64,000 nt of DNA, taken from positions 32,001 through 96,000 of IMG/VR virus record IMGVR_UViG_3300049144_000095; one strand, given 5' to 3'. This DNA is from a virus (Duplodnaviria > Caudoviricetes). This document shows, piece by piece, positions 28,577-37,068 of this stretch. Every line of letters begins with the position of its first letter. The first letter of the stretch is position 1. The notes beneath the pieces are model-generated. The model saw only the letters and a list, made by a program, of their open reading frames with translations. It was not told the origin of the DNA and did no database searches. Made by a program: the position numbers and the translations under genes.

Positions 28577-30946
28577 TCAGTAGGGCGCGATCATGGTCTC
28601 CGGATCCGTCATCCACTCGTCGTCGCTGTACATGCTGGCCATTTCGTCAGCCGTCTCACTGACGACGTCGCCCTGCTGGAGTCCTTCGGCGACCGGGGCT
28701 GTTGCGTACGCCACGGCGTCGGCGAGGTCGGGTGAACGTCCGTACTCGGACCGCATCGCCTCCTTTGAGGCGATCAGCAGGCGGCCGTTCTTGATCGAAT
28801 AGAAGATCATGCGCAGGTCGTCCGAGACCAGCTCGTCAGGGTCGATGATCTTGGCGGAACCGTTGTACATCTTCTGCCGAAGCTGGTCGAACCAGAAGGC
28901 TCGCGCGTTGTAGAAGCCGTACACGGAACCACCGACATTGGGGGGCGGGGCGGCCGATCCGTGCATCTCGTACACCGTGTACCAGGGCTCGGGAAGCAAC
29001 GCTGCGCGGGCGTTGAGAGTGTCGATGACACCGGCACCCAGGCCGACGCCGTCGACCCGGATCTCCACCCACGGAGCGTGCAGTTCGGCCTTCAGGCGTT
29101 CCGCGATCTCCAGAACCTTGTATGCAGAGGAAACGGTGTCGGTCCCCGACCACGAATCTTCGACTCGAACTGTTACGCCCGAGTAGGAAACGACCACCGT
29201 CTTGTCGGACCCGAACCGTGCAACGTCCACGCCCAGGCGCAGGATCGAGTACTTGGACGGGGCCGGAGGTTCGTCAATTGCATCGGCAATGAGCGACGGA
29301 GAGAAGAGGGAGGACTGGCTCTGCTCGGGGAAGCGGGCTTCGATCTTCGAGATGTAGCGAGGGTCCTTCTCGCCCCAGTCCGCAAGGCGCTCCTCGGCCC
29401 AGTCCTTGGAGATGAGCACTTCATTCAGGAGCTTCGGCACCGGCTCGTTGGTGAAGTTCGGCGTGGTCGATGCCGGAATCGAAATCCTGTTCCATAGGTG
29501 GGCGGTTCGAGGCTCCAGGAAGTTCTTGCCGAACTCGGTGTTGCGATCGTCCGGGTTTCCGATGGCCAGGATCCGGCATCCGACGTTCGTAGTGATGGCC
29601 TCGACGCCGGTCCAGATCTCCTCCGGGATGCCGCAGGCCTCATCGAGCAGGACCAGGACGTAGCGACGGTGGATGCCGTGGAAGCTGTGCCGGTCACCCT
29701 TGGCGGGCTTGCGGCCGAAGCCCACAATCTGACCGTCTGCCAGCTTCCACTCATCGGCCTGTGTCACACGCCCCGGCATGGGGTGCGGACCGCGCTGCGA
29801 GTTGGAGTGGTGCTTGCGGATCTCCTCCCAGAGAATCTTGTTCACCTGGGCGTATGTCGGTGCGGTGCTGACCACGATGGCCTGGCCGGGGGGTTTGGTG
29901 GACACCCACCAGCAGGCGAGCACGGAAGCGATCATCGAGTTGTGGGTCGGTACACCCCGCTCTCCGCACAGGTACAGGTGGTCCTCCGCGTCCACCTGGA
30001 TGCACTGAACATCGTGCTCACCGACCGGAGTTACGGAAACGATTCTCCAGCCGTCATCCCCCCAGCTCCCCTGCTGGCTGAGCAGACGCGAGAATGCCAG
30101 GGCCCTGGTGTTCGGATCCGACAGGTGCTGCGGAGCGTGAGTGCCCATCAGGGCGAGGTGGCGCAGGACCGTGCCGTACTGCCGCTCCCGCCGGTAGATG
30201 GTGTGCACGCCGATCGCGTTCATCCGCTGCCGGATCGCGGATATCTCGTCCGGCTCTTCGCTGCGGGTTTTCCACAGCAGAGCTGTGCGCCCTTCCGGAT
30301 CGAGACCGATGCGCTCCCGCAGCAGGGTCTGCGTCTCGGGGTCGGGATTCCAGGCTGTGCCGCGAGGTTCGAGGTGGGGGATCGCGCCCGGGATCACGGC
30401 GACGCCGCGCATCTGGGCGAGTTCCCGTGTCGACATGATGCGGGCGCGGTGATGCCACAAGCCGGTTTCGACCGGCACCCCCGCACGGTCGGACCGGATC
30501 TGTATGTCGGCGAGAACCTGGAGTGGAATGACCGGCCACAAGTGATCACCGGACGCGACGATCTTTTCGACCGCGCCGCCCCTCTCCAGGCGCAGCAGGT
30601 ACGCGTCTGCCTTGTGCTCCCCCGTAGTTGCCACGACTGTCACAGGGCTTCCGTCGGACCCGAGTACCTGCATCCCGGCTTTGACGTCACCCATTCGCAC
30701 AGGACCATTCGGTGTGTGTACGAGTTCATTCAGGCCAAGTGCTTTGCCCGTGCCGTGACATGACGCAACGACAGTTCTCTTGTTTCGTATAAGAGACGCA
30801 CAAATTTCCTGCTGCTTGCTCCACAGGTGCACGCCGAGAACATCCCGGGCCCAACCGGTGGGATCATTGACCCATCCGGCCTGTCGGGCCTGGTTGCGAA
30901 AGTAGGCCTCGGCGTCCGAGGCGATCCGCTCGTCCTGTGAGGACAT
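28577..30946 (-). CDS. terL: Terminase large subunit precursor containing an intein
   Basis: Walker A SCHGTGK|S split by an insertion; Walker B VLLDEACG; nuclease LGVDVARFGSDKTV; C-terminal RSPDLADA. Confidence 0.95.
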   Translation of the reverse strand: MSSQDERIASDAEAYFRNQARQAGWVNDPTGWARDVLGVHLWSKQQEICASLIRNKRTVVASCHGTGKALGLNELVHTPNGPVRMGDVKAGMQVLGSDGSPVTVVATTGEHKADAYLLRLERGGAVEKIVASGDHLWPVIPLQVLADIQIRSDRAGVPVETGLWHHRARIMSTRELAQMRGVAVIPGAIPHLEPRGTAWNPDPETQTLLRERIGLDPEGRTALLWKTRSEEPDEISAIRQRMNAIGVHTIYRRERQYGTVLRHLALMGTHAPQHLSDPNTRALAFSRLLSQQGSWGDDGWRIVSVTPVGEHDVQCIQVDAEDHLYLCGERGVPTHNSMIASVLACWWVSTKPPGQAIVVSTAPTYAQVNKILWEEIRKHHSNSQRGPHPMPGRVTQADEWKLADGQIVGFGRKPAKGDRHSFHGIHRRYVLVLLDEACGIPEEIWTGVEAITTNVGCRILAIGNPDDRNTEFGKNFLEPRTAHLWNRISIPASTTPNFTNEPVPKLLNEVLISKDWAEERLADWGEKDPRYISKIEARFPEQSQSSLFSPSLIADAIDEPPAPSKYSILRLGVDVARFGSDKTVVVSYSGVTVRVEDSWSGTDTVSSAYKVLEIAERLKAELHAPWVEIRVDGVGLGAGVIDTLNARAALLPEPWYTVYEMHGSAAPPPNVGGSVYGFYNARAFWFDQLRQKMYNGSAKIIDPDELVSDDLRMIFYSIKNGRLLIASKEAMRSEYGRSPDLADAVAYATAPVAEGLQQGDVVSETADEMASMYSDDEWMTDPETMIAPY
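29939..30742 (-). mobile_element. Intein (268 aa), Ala-start, class 3 signature
   Basis: Begins ALGLNELVHTPNG; block B ASGDHLW; block F VQCIQV; ends GVPTHN followed by a +1 Ser. Confidence 0.92.
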
Positions 30947-31376
30947 TGTGATCCTTTCTCATATGCCGCAAATATCATTCCTCACGGAGTGACGGATCCG
31001 GTAACCTCTTCGCGCCCCGACCTGTCAGCACAGGGCAGACAGGACTCCACTTCCAGGGGGCTGAGGATGCGCCAGGGGGCCCGGCGGCAGGTACGCTCGG
31101 GCCCTTCCTCATGCAACGAACGAGCGGGCAGTGACTCAGAGTTGCGCGTCAAGTACGCCAAACGCGTCATCCTGCCTACCTCGATCGAGCCAACGTAAGA
31201 GGTTCGTCTCCGAACTCTCACCGTCCTGAGGTAGGAAGGAGCGCGAGTCAGTGCAAGCATGAGCCGGGAGGGGTATGGCTGAGGCGGCCGGTTTACGACC
31301 AAAGCGGCAGGTTCAGCGAACTCCCTGACTACGATCCGACTTTCCTTTCCAGACACTCTGTGCCACCCTTAAAAAC

Positions 31377-31763
31377 ATGAAGAACAGGTACCCGAAACTG
31401 TGCAGCATCTGCCAGGGTCTTGTTCCAGCCGGTGAGGGAATCCTGTACCAGGACAGCTCCGGCTGGAGCGTGACCCACTCCGGTGCATGCCCGCGAGGAG
31501 ATCAGGACAACGGCTCTATCCGTCACGGACACGCGAAGGCGTACGCGCGCCGAGTGCTCAGCCTGACGCGCCGCTCTGATGTCAGCGTGGCTGAGATCGA
31601 AGAAGCCGTTCGCCACCTGGCTGCCCTTGTGCGCACGGGCTGGACCACCATCGAAGCGTGCGAGCGCATCCTGCTGAACTCCAAGGCCATGGAGGGTCTG
31701 GACCGGCTCTCAGTTGAGGGCATCATGAGCCAGCTCTCCACCGAGGAGTCTCACGTCGGCTGA
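31377..31763 (+). CDS. Hypothetical protein
   Basis: 128 aa; KNRYPKLCSICQGLVPAGEG...HSGAC zinc-ribbon-like N-terminus. Confidence 0.6.
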   Translation: MKNRYPKLCSICQGLVPAGEGILYQDSSGWSVTHSGACPRGDQDNGSIRHGHAKAYARRVLSLTRRSDVSVAEIEEAVRHLAALVRTGWTTIEACERILLNSKAMEGLDRLSVEGIMSQLSTEESHVG

Positions 31764-31940
31764 CGACGGAAGACCCAGCATGTCGAGCATTTCAAGGAGG
31801 GCCCCCCTGGGGTCCTCCTCTTTCATTGCGTAGGACGCCATGTTCAGCATCGCCACGCGATGACAAGCGACGCACTGCCCGCAGGGTATGGGCATGCACT
31901 GGCGCGGAATCGTCACGCTTGAGACCGGGGTGATGTCCAC
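31710..31940 (-). CDS. Small hypothetical protein
   Basis: 76 aa with CGQCVAC; GAAGGG upstream. Confidence 0.45.
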   Translation of the reverse strand: MDITPVSSVTIPRQCMPIPCGQCVACHRVAMLNMASYAMKEEDPRGALLEMLDMLGLPSSADVRLLGGELAHDALN

Positions 31941-31972
31941 TGTTTCAGCCCTTCCGGTAGTGGGGTTGCGAA

Positions 31973-31984
31973 TGGCCTAGGTCA
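31973..31984. promoter_or_regulatory. Palindromic box TGGCCTAGGTCA
   Basis: Member of the YGRCCTAGGYCR family, between divergent ORFs. Confidence 0.6.
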
Positions 31985-32031
31985 TGTGCTTCTCTGTAGA
32001 GGGGAAACCCCTTCGGAAAGGAGCAAAAAGG

Positions 32032-32442
32032 ATGATCACTACTGCTGCGGTTGCCAAGGTCGTCGCCGGAACGATGCTGGCGGGCGGGGCCGTTGCCGGT
32101 GTCGGAGCCGTCGAACACTGCCCCGTCGGCGAGGTGTTCGCCAACGGCGGGTGCGGCAAGGTCGTGCAGACCCTCCCCGACGAGAAGCGGCAGGGAACCG
32201 GCACCATCTCCGCCGTGACCGTCGATGTCGACTTCCGCAACGGAGACGGCGAGCGCACCAACTCCGGGATCAGCACCGAGGACCAGTTCGAGTGGCTGGG
32301 CGGCAAGAAGCCGGGCCGCGACGGCGACGGCGAACTGATCGAGGTCCGCCAGATCACCCAGGGCAAGGGTGGATGGGGCCCGCTCTACCAGGGCTGGATC
32401 CCGGTCAAGTACACCCAGATCCCGCAGATGTTCAACGGCTGA
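32032..32442 (+). CDS. Putative secreted protein with an SH3-like C-terminal domain
   Basis: Signal-peptide-like N-terminus (AKVVAGTMLAGGAVAG); C-terminal WLGGK...YQGWIPVKYT; AAAGGAG RBS. Confidence 0.6.
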   Translation: MITTAAVAKVVAGTMLAGGAVAGVGAVEHCPVGEVFANGGCGKVVQTLPDEKRQGTGTISAVTVDVDFRNGDGERTNSGISTEDQFEWLGGKKPGRDGDGELIEVRQITQGKGGWGPLYQGWIPVKYTQIPQMFNG

Positions 32443-32448
32443 CCGGTC

Positions 32449-32865
32449 ATGAAGAAGGTCAGGACGTACGGGGAAGACTTCGCCCCCGTACCCTTCGGGA
32501 TCACGTGCATCCCGGAAGACCAGCTTCAGCTCCCCTCGGGGGCGGCCCGGCCGATCTACGTGGCCTGTACGCATGACGGTTTCCTCGGCTGTGCGGAACA
32601 TGTTTTCCAGACGGCCCAGGAGATCGGACTTCGGTACAACACTCTCGGCTGGGTGTTCCGTGTGACGGGCACCGGCCCGGACGAGGGTTCCTGGTGGGAG
32701 TGGGCCATGCTCGACGGCACGCTGTCGCGGGCACTGGATGGCGGGCTTCACTCGCCGACCTTCGAGGACGCCTGCCTCGGTCTGCTTCGTGCTTATCAGA
32801 TGCCGGAACCGTTCGGCATCAAGGTCGACGACGATCAGGGCCGTCACCTCGTCAGCCTCTCCTGA
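32449..32865 (+). CDS. Hypothetical protein
   Basis: 138-aa ORF 6 nt after the previous gene. Confidence 0.6.
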   Translation: MKKVRTYGEDFAPVPFGITCIPEDQLQLPSGAARPIYVACTHDGFLGCAEHVFQTAQEIGLRYNTLGWVFRVTGTGPDEGSWWEWAMLDGTLSRALDGGLHSPTFEDACLGLLRAYQMPEPFGIKVDDDQGRHLVSLS

Positions 32866-32973
32866 TCCGAGGTGCCGTCGCCCAGAGCGGGCACGACGGA
32901 GGCTTGACGGTCTGCCACCAGCGGGCGTGCGCACGGCCACAAGCGCACGGCCAAACCGCGAACAGTACGGACA

Positions 32974-33273
32974 TCAGGCCCCGCTCTCACCGAGCGGGGC
33001 CTCCTCCGTTTCATGCTCAGGCCAGTGCCAGGTGCCGCCCGCCTTCCCCTCGGAGTACTCGCAGCCGCCGTCCATGAACGAGTGGAAGAACATGCCCGTG
33101 GGGTTCAGGGCTACCAGGCCGACCCAGTTCTCTTCGGTCGAGTCCTTCGGGTTCTCGATCACTTCGGTGACGATGGCAGCCCTGCACTTGGGGGCGTACG
33201 CCTGCGTGCCGTCTTCGCGGACGGGCGTGCCGTGGGAAACGTAGTGGACGATGCGGCCGACCGTGGGCTTCAT
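32974..33273 (-). CDS. Conserved phage hypothetical protein
   Basis: MKPTVGRIVHY...AAIVTEV...GTWHWPE pattern; an 11-bp hairpin (32976-33002) overlaps its 3' end. Confidence 0.75.
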   Translation of the reverse strand: MKPTVGRIVHYVSHGTPVREDGTQAYAPKCRAAIVTEVIENPKDSTEENWVGLVALNPTGMFFHSFMDGGCEYSEGKAGGTWHWPEHETEEAPLGESGA

Positions 33274-33830
33274 CAGATCTCCTGAACGAGAATGTCGCGG
33301 GTGTCCCAGGGGGTGTCTCGTTTGAGCAGCTTGAAGTTGGCGCCCTCTTCACGCAGGTAGGGGATGAGGACTCTCCCCTTGCGCACTTCGGCGTGGTCGG
33401 TGTTCATGTCGTCGCCCATGATCAAGCCGGGACTTGTGACCAGATCCTCGGCCAGCAGGTACTCGCGCATGGTGGCCGAACCGGAGTTGTCAGCATCGAG
33501 GTAGACAACGTCGAATCTCTCCCCATGGACCACGAGATCCTGCATGGTCCTGACGGAGTCGCCTGCATGGAAAGTGCAGAAGCCCCCCAGGCCTTCAGCG
33601 TCGACAGCGGCACGGGCTTCGCTGGGATCGAGATCGATGCCGACATACTCACTGCCAGGGTGACGGCTCAGGAGCCGGGCGAAGGCCAGGGTGGAGTGCC
33701 CGTCGCCGTCAAGGTGCTCCTGATCCAGGTTGCGAAGGACGCCGACCTCCAGAACGCGCAGCGTTTTCTTGCCCGAGCGGGCCATGAAAGCTGGCAGCTC
33801 TTCATAGATGATGTCACCGATCGTTGTCAC
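33273..33830 (-). CDS. Class I SAM-dependent methyltransferase (Methyltransf_24-like)
   Basis: VLEVG motif I, YVGIDLDP, AGDSV, FDVVYLDAD, LIMGDD. Confidence 0.85.
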   Translation of the reverse strand: MTTIGDIIYEELPAFMARSGKKTLRVLEVGVLRNLDQEHLDGDGHSTLAFARLLSRHPGSEYVGIDLDPSEARAAVDAEGLGGFCTFHAGDSVRTMQDLVVHGERFDVVYLDADNSGSATMREYLLAEDLVTSPGLIMGDDMNTDHAEVRKGRVLIPYLREEGANFKLLKRDTPWDTRDILVQEI

Positions 33831-33872
33831 CCAAAGAGGGTAACCTGGCGTCCTGAAATGAGAGAAGTTGCC

Positions 33873-34046
33873 ATGGGAAAAAGCGGAAAGTCAGCAACCG
33901 GCACCGAAGTTGCAGAAAGCCCGCTCTGCGAATGCCCGCGATGGCTGGTGCGTGCAGGGGTCAGCGACGAGTTCATCCGCAAGGTGGAGAGGCGAGCCGG
34001 GGCGCGCTGGCTGTGTACGCGCTGCCAGCGCCCCTTACTGCCGTGA
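33873..34046 (+). CDS. Small Cys-containing hypothetical protein
   Basis: MGKSGKS...CECP...CTRC; purine-rich upstream sequence. Confidence 0.45.
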   Translation: MGKSGKSATGTEVAESPLCECPRWLVRAGVSDEFIRKVERRAGARWLCTRCQRPLLP

Positions 34047-34163
34047 CGTCAGAACATCCCGGACCAGCGTCGCGCCAGGCGGTCGCGCCGGACTCTGAGC
34101 AGCCGCCCGAGGAGCAGGCCGCTCGCCAGTCCGACGCCGTAGGCCAGCCAGCAGGGCATCCCA

Positions 34164-34550
34164 TTACTCCTTTTTGGGGGCCAGTTTCGCGATGTACTGG
34201 TGGGAGTAGCCAAGGATCCCCCCGGCATCTCGCACCGTGGTCTGTGCGGTGAGCTTCCTCACCGCAGTCACCAAGGCCTTCTCGGCTTCTTCCACGGCCA
34301 GCCGCGCGCTGTCCCGGGTCCTCTCGGCTTCAGCGACGACGGCTGCAAGCTCCGGGTCGGCGAACTCCATGCGGACGAGGAACGAGGTGGCGGGCACGTC
34401 CAGCAGATTGGCTACCAGGTCGACAGCCATCTCGTGCGCCTCCCCCCAGGTGCGGCCCTGCGTGACGGCAGACCCCTTCACGGGCAGCCCTTGCACGCGA
34501 GTCACCCAGAACTTGCCTTCGCGCTCAACCGTAGCGGTGTAGATGTCCAT
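34164..34550 (-). CDS. HicB-like antitoxin with a C-terminal HTH
   Basis: YTATVEREGKFWVTRVQGLP...VTQGRTWGEAHEMAVDL is HicB-like; TVRDAGGILGYSHQYIAKL HTH. Confidence 0.75.
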   Translation of the reverse strand: MDIYTATVEREGKFWVTRVQGLPVKGSAVTQGRTWGEAHEMAVDLVANLLDVPATSFLVRMEFADPELAAVVAEAERTRDSARLAVEEAEKALVTAVRKLTAQTTVRDAGGILGYSHQYIAKLAPKKE

Positions 34551-34556
34551 GCAAAT

Positions 34557-34574
34557 TGTCTACCATGCTAGACT
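34557..34574. promoter_or_regulatory. Overlapping divergent -10 elements in a near-palindrome
   Basis: GTCTACCATGCTAGAC; minus-strand TAGACA 6 nt before the HicB ATG, plus-strand TAGACT at 34569. Confidence 0.55.
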
Positions 34575-34613
34575 CAGCTTGTCTGCTCTGGTTGACGAGG
34601 TGAGGATCAAGGA

Positions 34614-34847
34614 ATGGGAATGCGCTGGACCGACTGGACGGGTCGACTCAAAGTGGAAGTGTTGCAGGAGGGTGGGCGCTGGACCGGCAAGCGAGCCATG
34701 GAGTACCTGCACTCCATCGGCTTTCACTGCACCATCGAACGTGCGCGCGTCTGCATGAAGAGGATCGCCGACCAGGAGCCCGAGCGGGTAGTCGTTGCCG
34801 AGGGGCATCGCTGGATCTGGGACGTGCGTGGCAGCGAGGAAGCGTGA
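34614..34847 (+). CDS. Small hypothetical protein, possibly winged-helix
   Basis: AGGA RBS; 77 aa; divergent from the HicB-like gene. Confidence 0.55.
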   Translation: MGMRWTDWTGRLKVEVLQEGGRWTGKRAMEYLHSIGFHCTIERARVCMKRIADQEPERVVVAEGHRWIWDVRGSEEA

Positions 34848-34851
34848 GTCC

Positions 34852-35439
34852 TTAGTCTGTCTCCTCCAGGTCGTCGTCCACCACGGGTTGCAGCTCTATC
34901 GGTCCGGCATTGCCTCCCACCTTCACCACTGCTGCCTTGTTGCGAGCAATGGCGTCAGCGGCCATGGCCGGGAAGGTGGTGTTCCACATGATCTCGACCG
35001 CCTCCCGGGACTCCTCGGGAAGGATCTCGACGATCTTTTCCAGCATCCCCACACGAAGGACATCGATCGCCGTGGTGACGAGTTGGGTCTGAGCCTGCGT
35101 CAGGCGCACCTGCTCATCGCGCAGCCGGTCCTTCTTGAGATCCATCAGCTCGGTGATCTCGCGGATCGTGTCGATCATGTTCTTCACGTTCCGGCCCTGC
35201 GTCAGCAGGTCTCCGTCCATCACCTGCTGCCAGAGGGCGCCGATCACACGCTCCAGGCGGGCAAGCTGCAACATCCGCATCTGCACGACGGACATCGAGG
35301 TTGCCTGGCTCTCCAGGTATGACGACATGCGCTCGTGCACAACTTCGACATCCAGACCCACGGTGGCCGCGATCTGGGCAAGGGTCTTTCCCTGGGCCGC
35401 CTGGTCGACCATCACCTGGGCGAGCGAATCGTGGGCCAC
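34852..35439 (-). CDS. Terminase small subunit-like HTH protein
   Basis: GKTLAQIAATVGL HTH and LARLERVIGALWQQVMDGD...IREITELMDL pattern seen in actinophage TerS-like proteins. Confidence 0.6.
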   Translation of the reverse strand: MAHDSLAQVMVDQAAQGKTLAQIAATVGLDVEVVHERMSSYLESQATSMSVVQMRMLQLARLERVIGALWQQVMDGDLLTQGRNVKNMIDTIREITELMDLKKDRLRDEQVRLTQAQTQLVTTAIDVLRVGMLEKIVEILPEESREAVEIMWNTTFPAMAADAIARNKAAVVKVGGNAGPIELQPVVDDDLEETD

Positions 35440-35592
35440 CTACTGCTCCTCGCGAGTGTTCACCTTCCGCACGAGGCGGATGCCGTTCTGATACATCGGG
35501 TGCCGAGTGGATTCCAGCAGACGGTCGAGCCAGGCCACCGCCAGTTCGTTGTCCAGGTCCACGTGGATCGTGACCTCTTGGGTGTTCGCCAT
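35440..35592 (-). CDS. Small hypothetical protein
   Basis: 50 aa abutting the TerS-like start. Confidence 0.5.
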   Translation of the reverse strand: MANTQEVTIHVDLDNELAVAWLDRLLESTRHPMYQNGIRLVRKVNTREEQ

Positions 35593-35701
35593 GCAGTCCT
35601 GTCGCTTTCGTTGCAGCGTGGGGGCGACGCCCCAACGCAAGAGGTGGTTTCGTTGCAGCGTGGAGAGATCGCTGCAACGAAGCTCATTGCCGACCGTGCC
35701 G

Positions 35702-36598
35702 TCAGACCGAGATGCCCACCCCGGCCCACGCCTCCCGCACGGCCGGGTTCAGGCCTCCGGAGTGCCGCCAGGTTGCACGGGCCAGCTCCACGAAGGTGCT
35801 GTTCGGGCCGAGATCCTGCATGGCCCGGCGCCACATGGCCAGCGGGCGCCCCCAGCTCGGCTCCTGTGTCGCCTCGCAGAGCAGAGCGAAGGCCCGATTG
35901 GGAATGCCCGAGTTGATGTGCACTCCGCCGTTGTCGGCCCGGATCTTCTGGTAGTGGTCCATGTGGCCTGGCTGCGGGTCCTTCCCCAGCAGGGGCGAGT
36001 CATACGCCTCCCCGGGGTGCAGCATGTTCCGGACGGAGGAGACTCCGTCCACCATGATCTCTTCGCCGATGCGCCAGTCCGTCTGGTTCTGGTCGGCCCA
36101 CTGCTGCACACATACACCGAACACATCGGCCAGGTGCTCATTCAGTGCGCCTGACTGCCCGGAGTACACCAGCCCCGGGCCGAGTGAGACGAGGGCGTGC
36201 CCGAACTCGTGAGCCATGATGTCGAGCGACCGCGTGAAGTCGCCGAACACCTGGCCGTCGCCCTCGCCGAACACCAGGTAGCTGCCGTTGAAGAAGGCGT
36301 TGGCGTACCCCTCGCCGTAGTGGACGACGCCGTCGGGAAACTCGTCCACGTCGAGTAGCTGCGATATGAGACCCGCGTGACCCCTGACCCGGTCGGCTGC
36401 CTCGTCTTCGTCAGTCATCAACCTGCCCGGCAGGGCGGTCCTGTTGGAGGCCGTGTAGACGGTGATCGGACCGGCGACCGATACCGCCTTCTCGCGCGCG
36501 GCGCGCAGCTTGGTGTCCACCTTGATGCCGGACGCGAAAGAGCGGTCGTTCTCTGCGACCTTCTTCGCGATGTGAGGTGGAATGAAAGTGCAGATCAT
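35702..36598 (-). CDS. M4-family (thermolysin-like) zinc metalloprotease, protealysin type
   Basis: NAFFNGS, AHEFGH (HExxH), GALNEHLADVFG and GGVHINSGIPN; short propeptide CTFIPPHI; no signal peptide. Confidence 0.92.
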   Translation of the reverse strand: MICTFIPPHIAKKVAENDRSFASGIKVDTKLRAAREKAVSVAGPITVYTASNRTALPGRLMTDEDEAADRVRGHAGLISQLLDVDEFPDGVVHYGEGYANAFFNGSYLVFGEGDGQVFGDFTRSLDIMAHEFGHALVSLGPGLVYSGQSGALNEHLADVFGVCVQQWADQNQTDWRIGEEIMVDGVSSVRNMLHPGEAYDSPLLGKDPQPGHMDHYQKIRADNGGVHINSGIPNRAFALLCEATQEPSWGRPLAMWRRAMQDLGPNSTFVELARATWRHSGGLNPAVREAWAGVGISV

Positions 36599-36692
36599 GC
36601 TGCGAAGTCTACGGCGCAAGAAGGTAAGCAAAGCGCCTGCAACCTGTATATCTTTCTGAAGCCCGTTCCTGTCTTCGTGAAAGCAGAATTGC

Positions 36693-36938
36693 ATGACCTT
36701 CACCCGGACTCACGTCCATGTTTCCTTTGCTGACCCGTACTTGCGCTGCAACCGGTGCGGAAGGCGGGTGGAGGGGTGGCACGATCCGGACCGCTGCGGG
36801 TGCGAGGGTGAGGCGGTCAACGAGCCGTGCGGCTGCCGTTTCGACGCTCGGAGCGTGTGCCCTTCCTGGTCGCCCGTGGACGGCTGCACCTGCCCTCCTG
36901 ATGCGCACGAGGTCCCCTCGGGTTCCAGGAAAGACTGA
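36693..36938 (+). CDS. Cys-rich hypothetical protein
   Basis: CNRC...CGC...CGC...CPSW...CTC. Confidence 0.55.
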   Translation: MTFTRTHVHVSFADPYLRCNRCGRRVEGWHDPDRCGCEGEAVNEPCGCRFDARSVCPSWSPVDGCTCPPDAHEVPSGSRKD

Positions 36939-36969
36939 GACCCCCGGCGGCGGATCCGGGGGTCTCAGT
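36934..36969. terminator. 14-bp perfect inverted repeat between convergent genes
   Basis: ACTGAGACCCCCGG-CGGCGGAT-CCGGGGGTCTCAGT. Confidence 0.7.
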
Positions 36970-37068
36970 GAAAGCAGACATCTCTCAGGCGCCCGAGGGC
37001 TGATGCCTGAGAGCCGACTACGCACGCCAGACTAGCAGACCAACTTGCCGACCCCGTGCTTGATTTCG

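Noticed and set aside
1-31000. Long plus-strand ORFs antisense to structural genes (e.g. 6497..8068, 22944..24779, 29498..30763)
   Set aside because: Shadow ORFs expected in GC-rich DNA opposite well-supported genes; no motifs or RBS
31258-31326. 22-codon mini-ORF upstream of terL on the plus strand
   Set aside because: Too short, with no recognisable motif or supporting context
34614-34847. HicA toxin partner of the HicB-like gene
   Set aside because: Divergent orientation and lacks the HicA GSH-type motif
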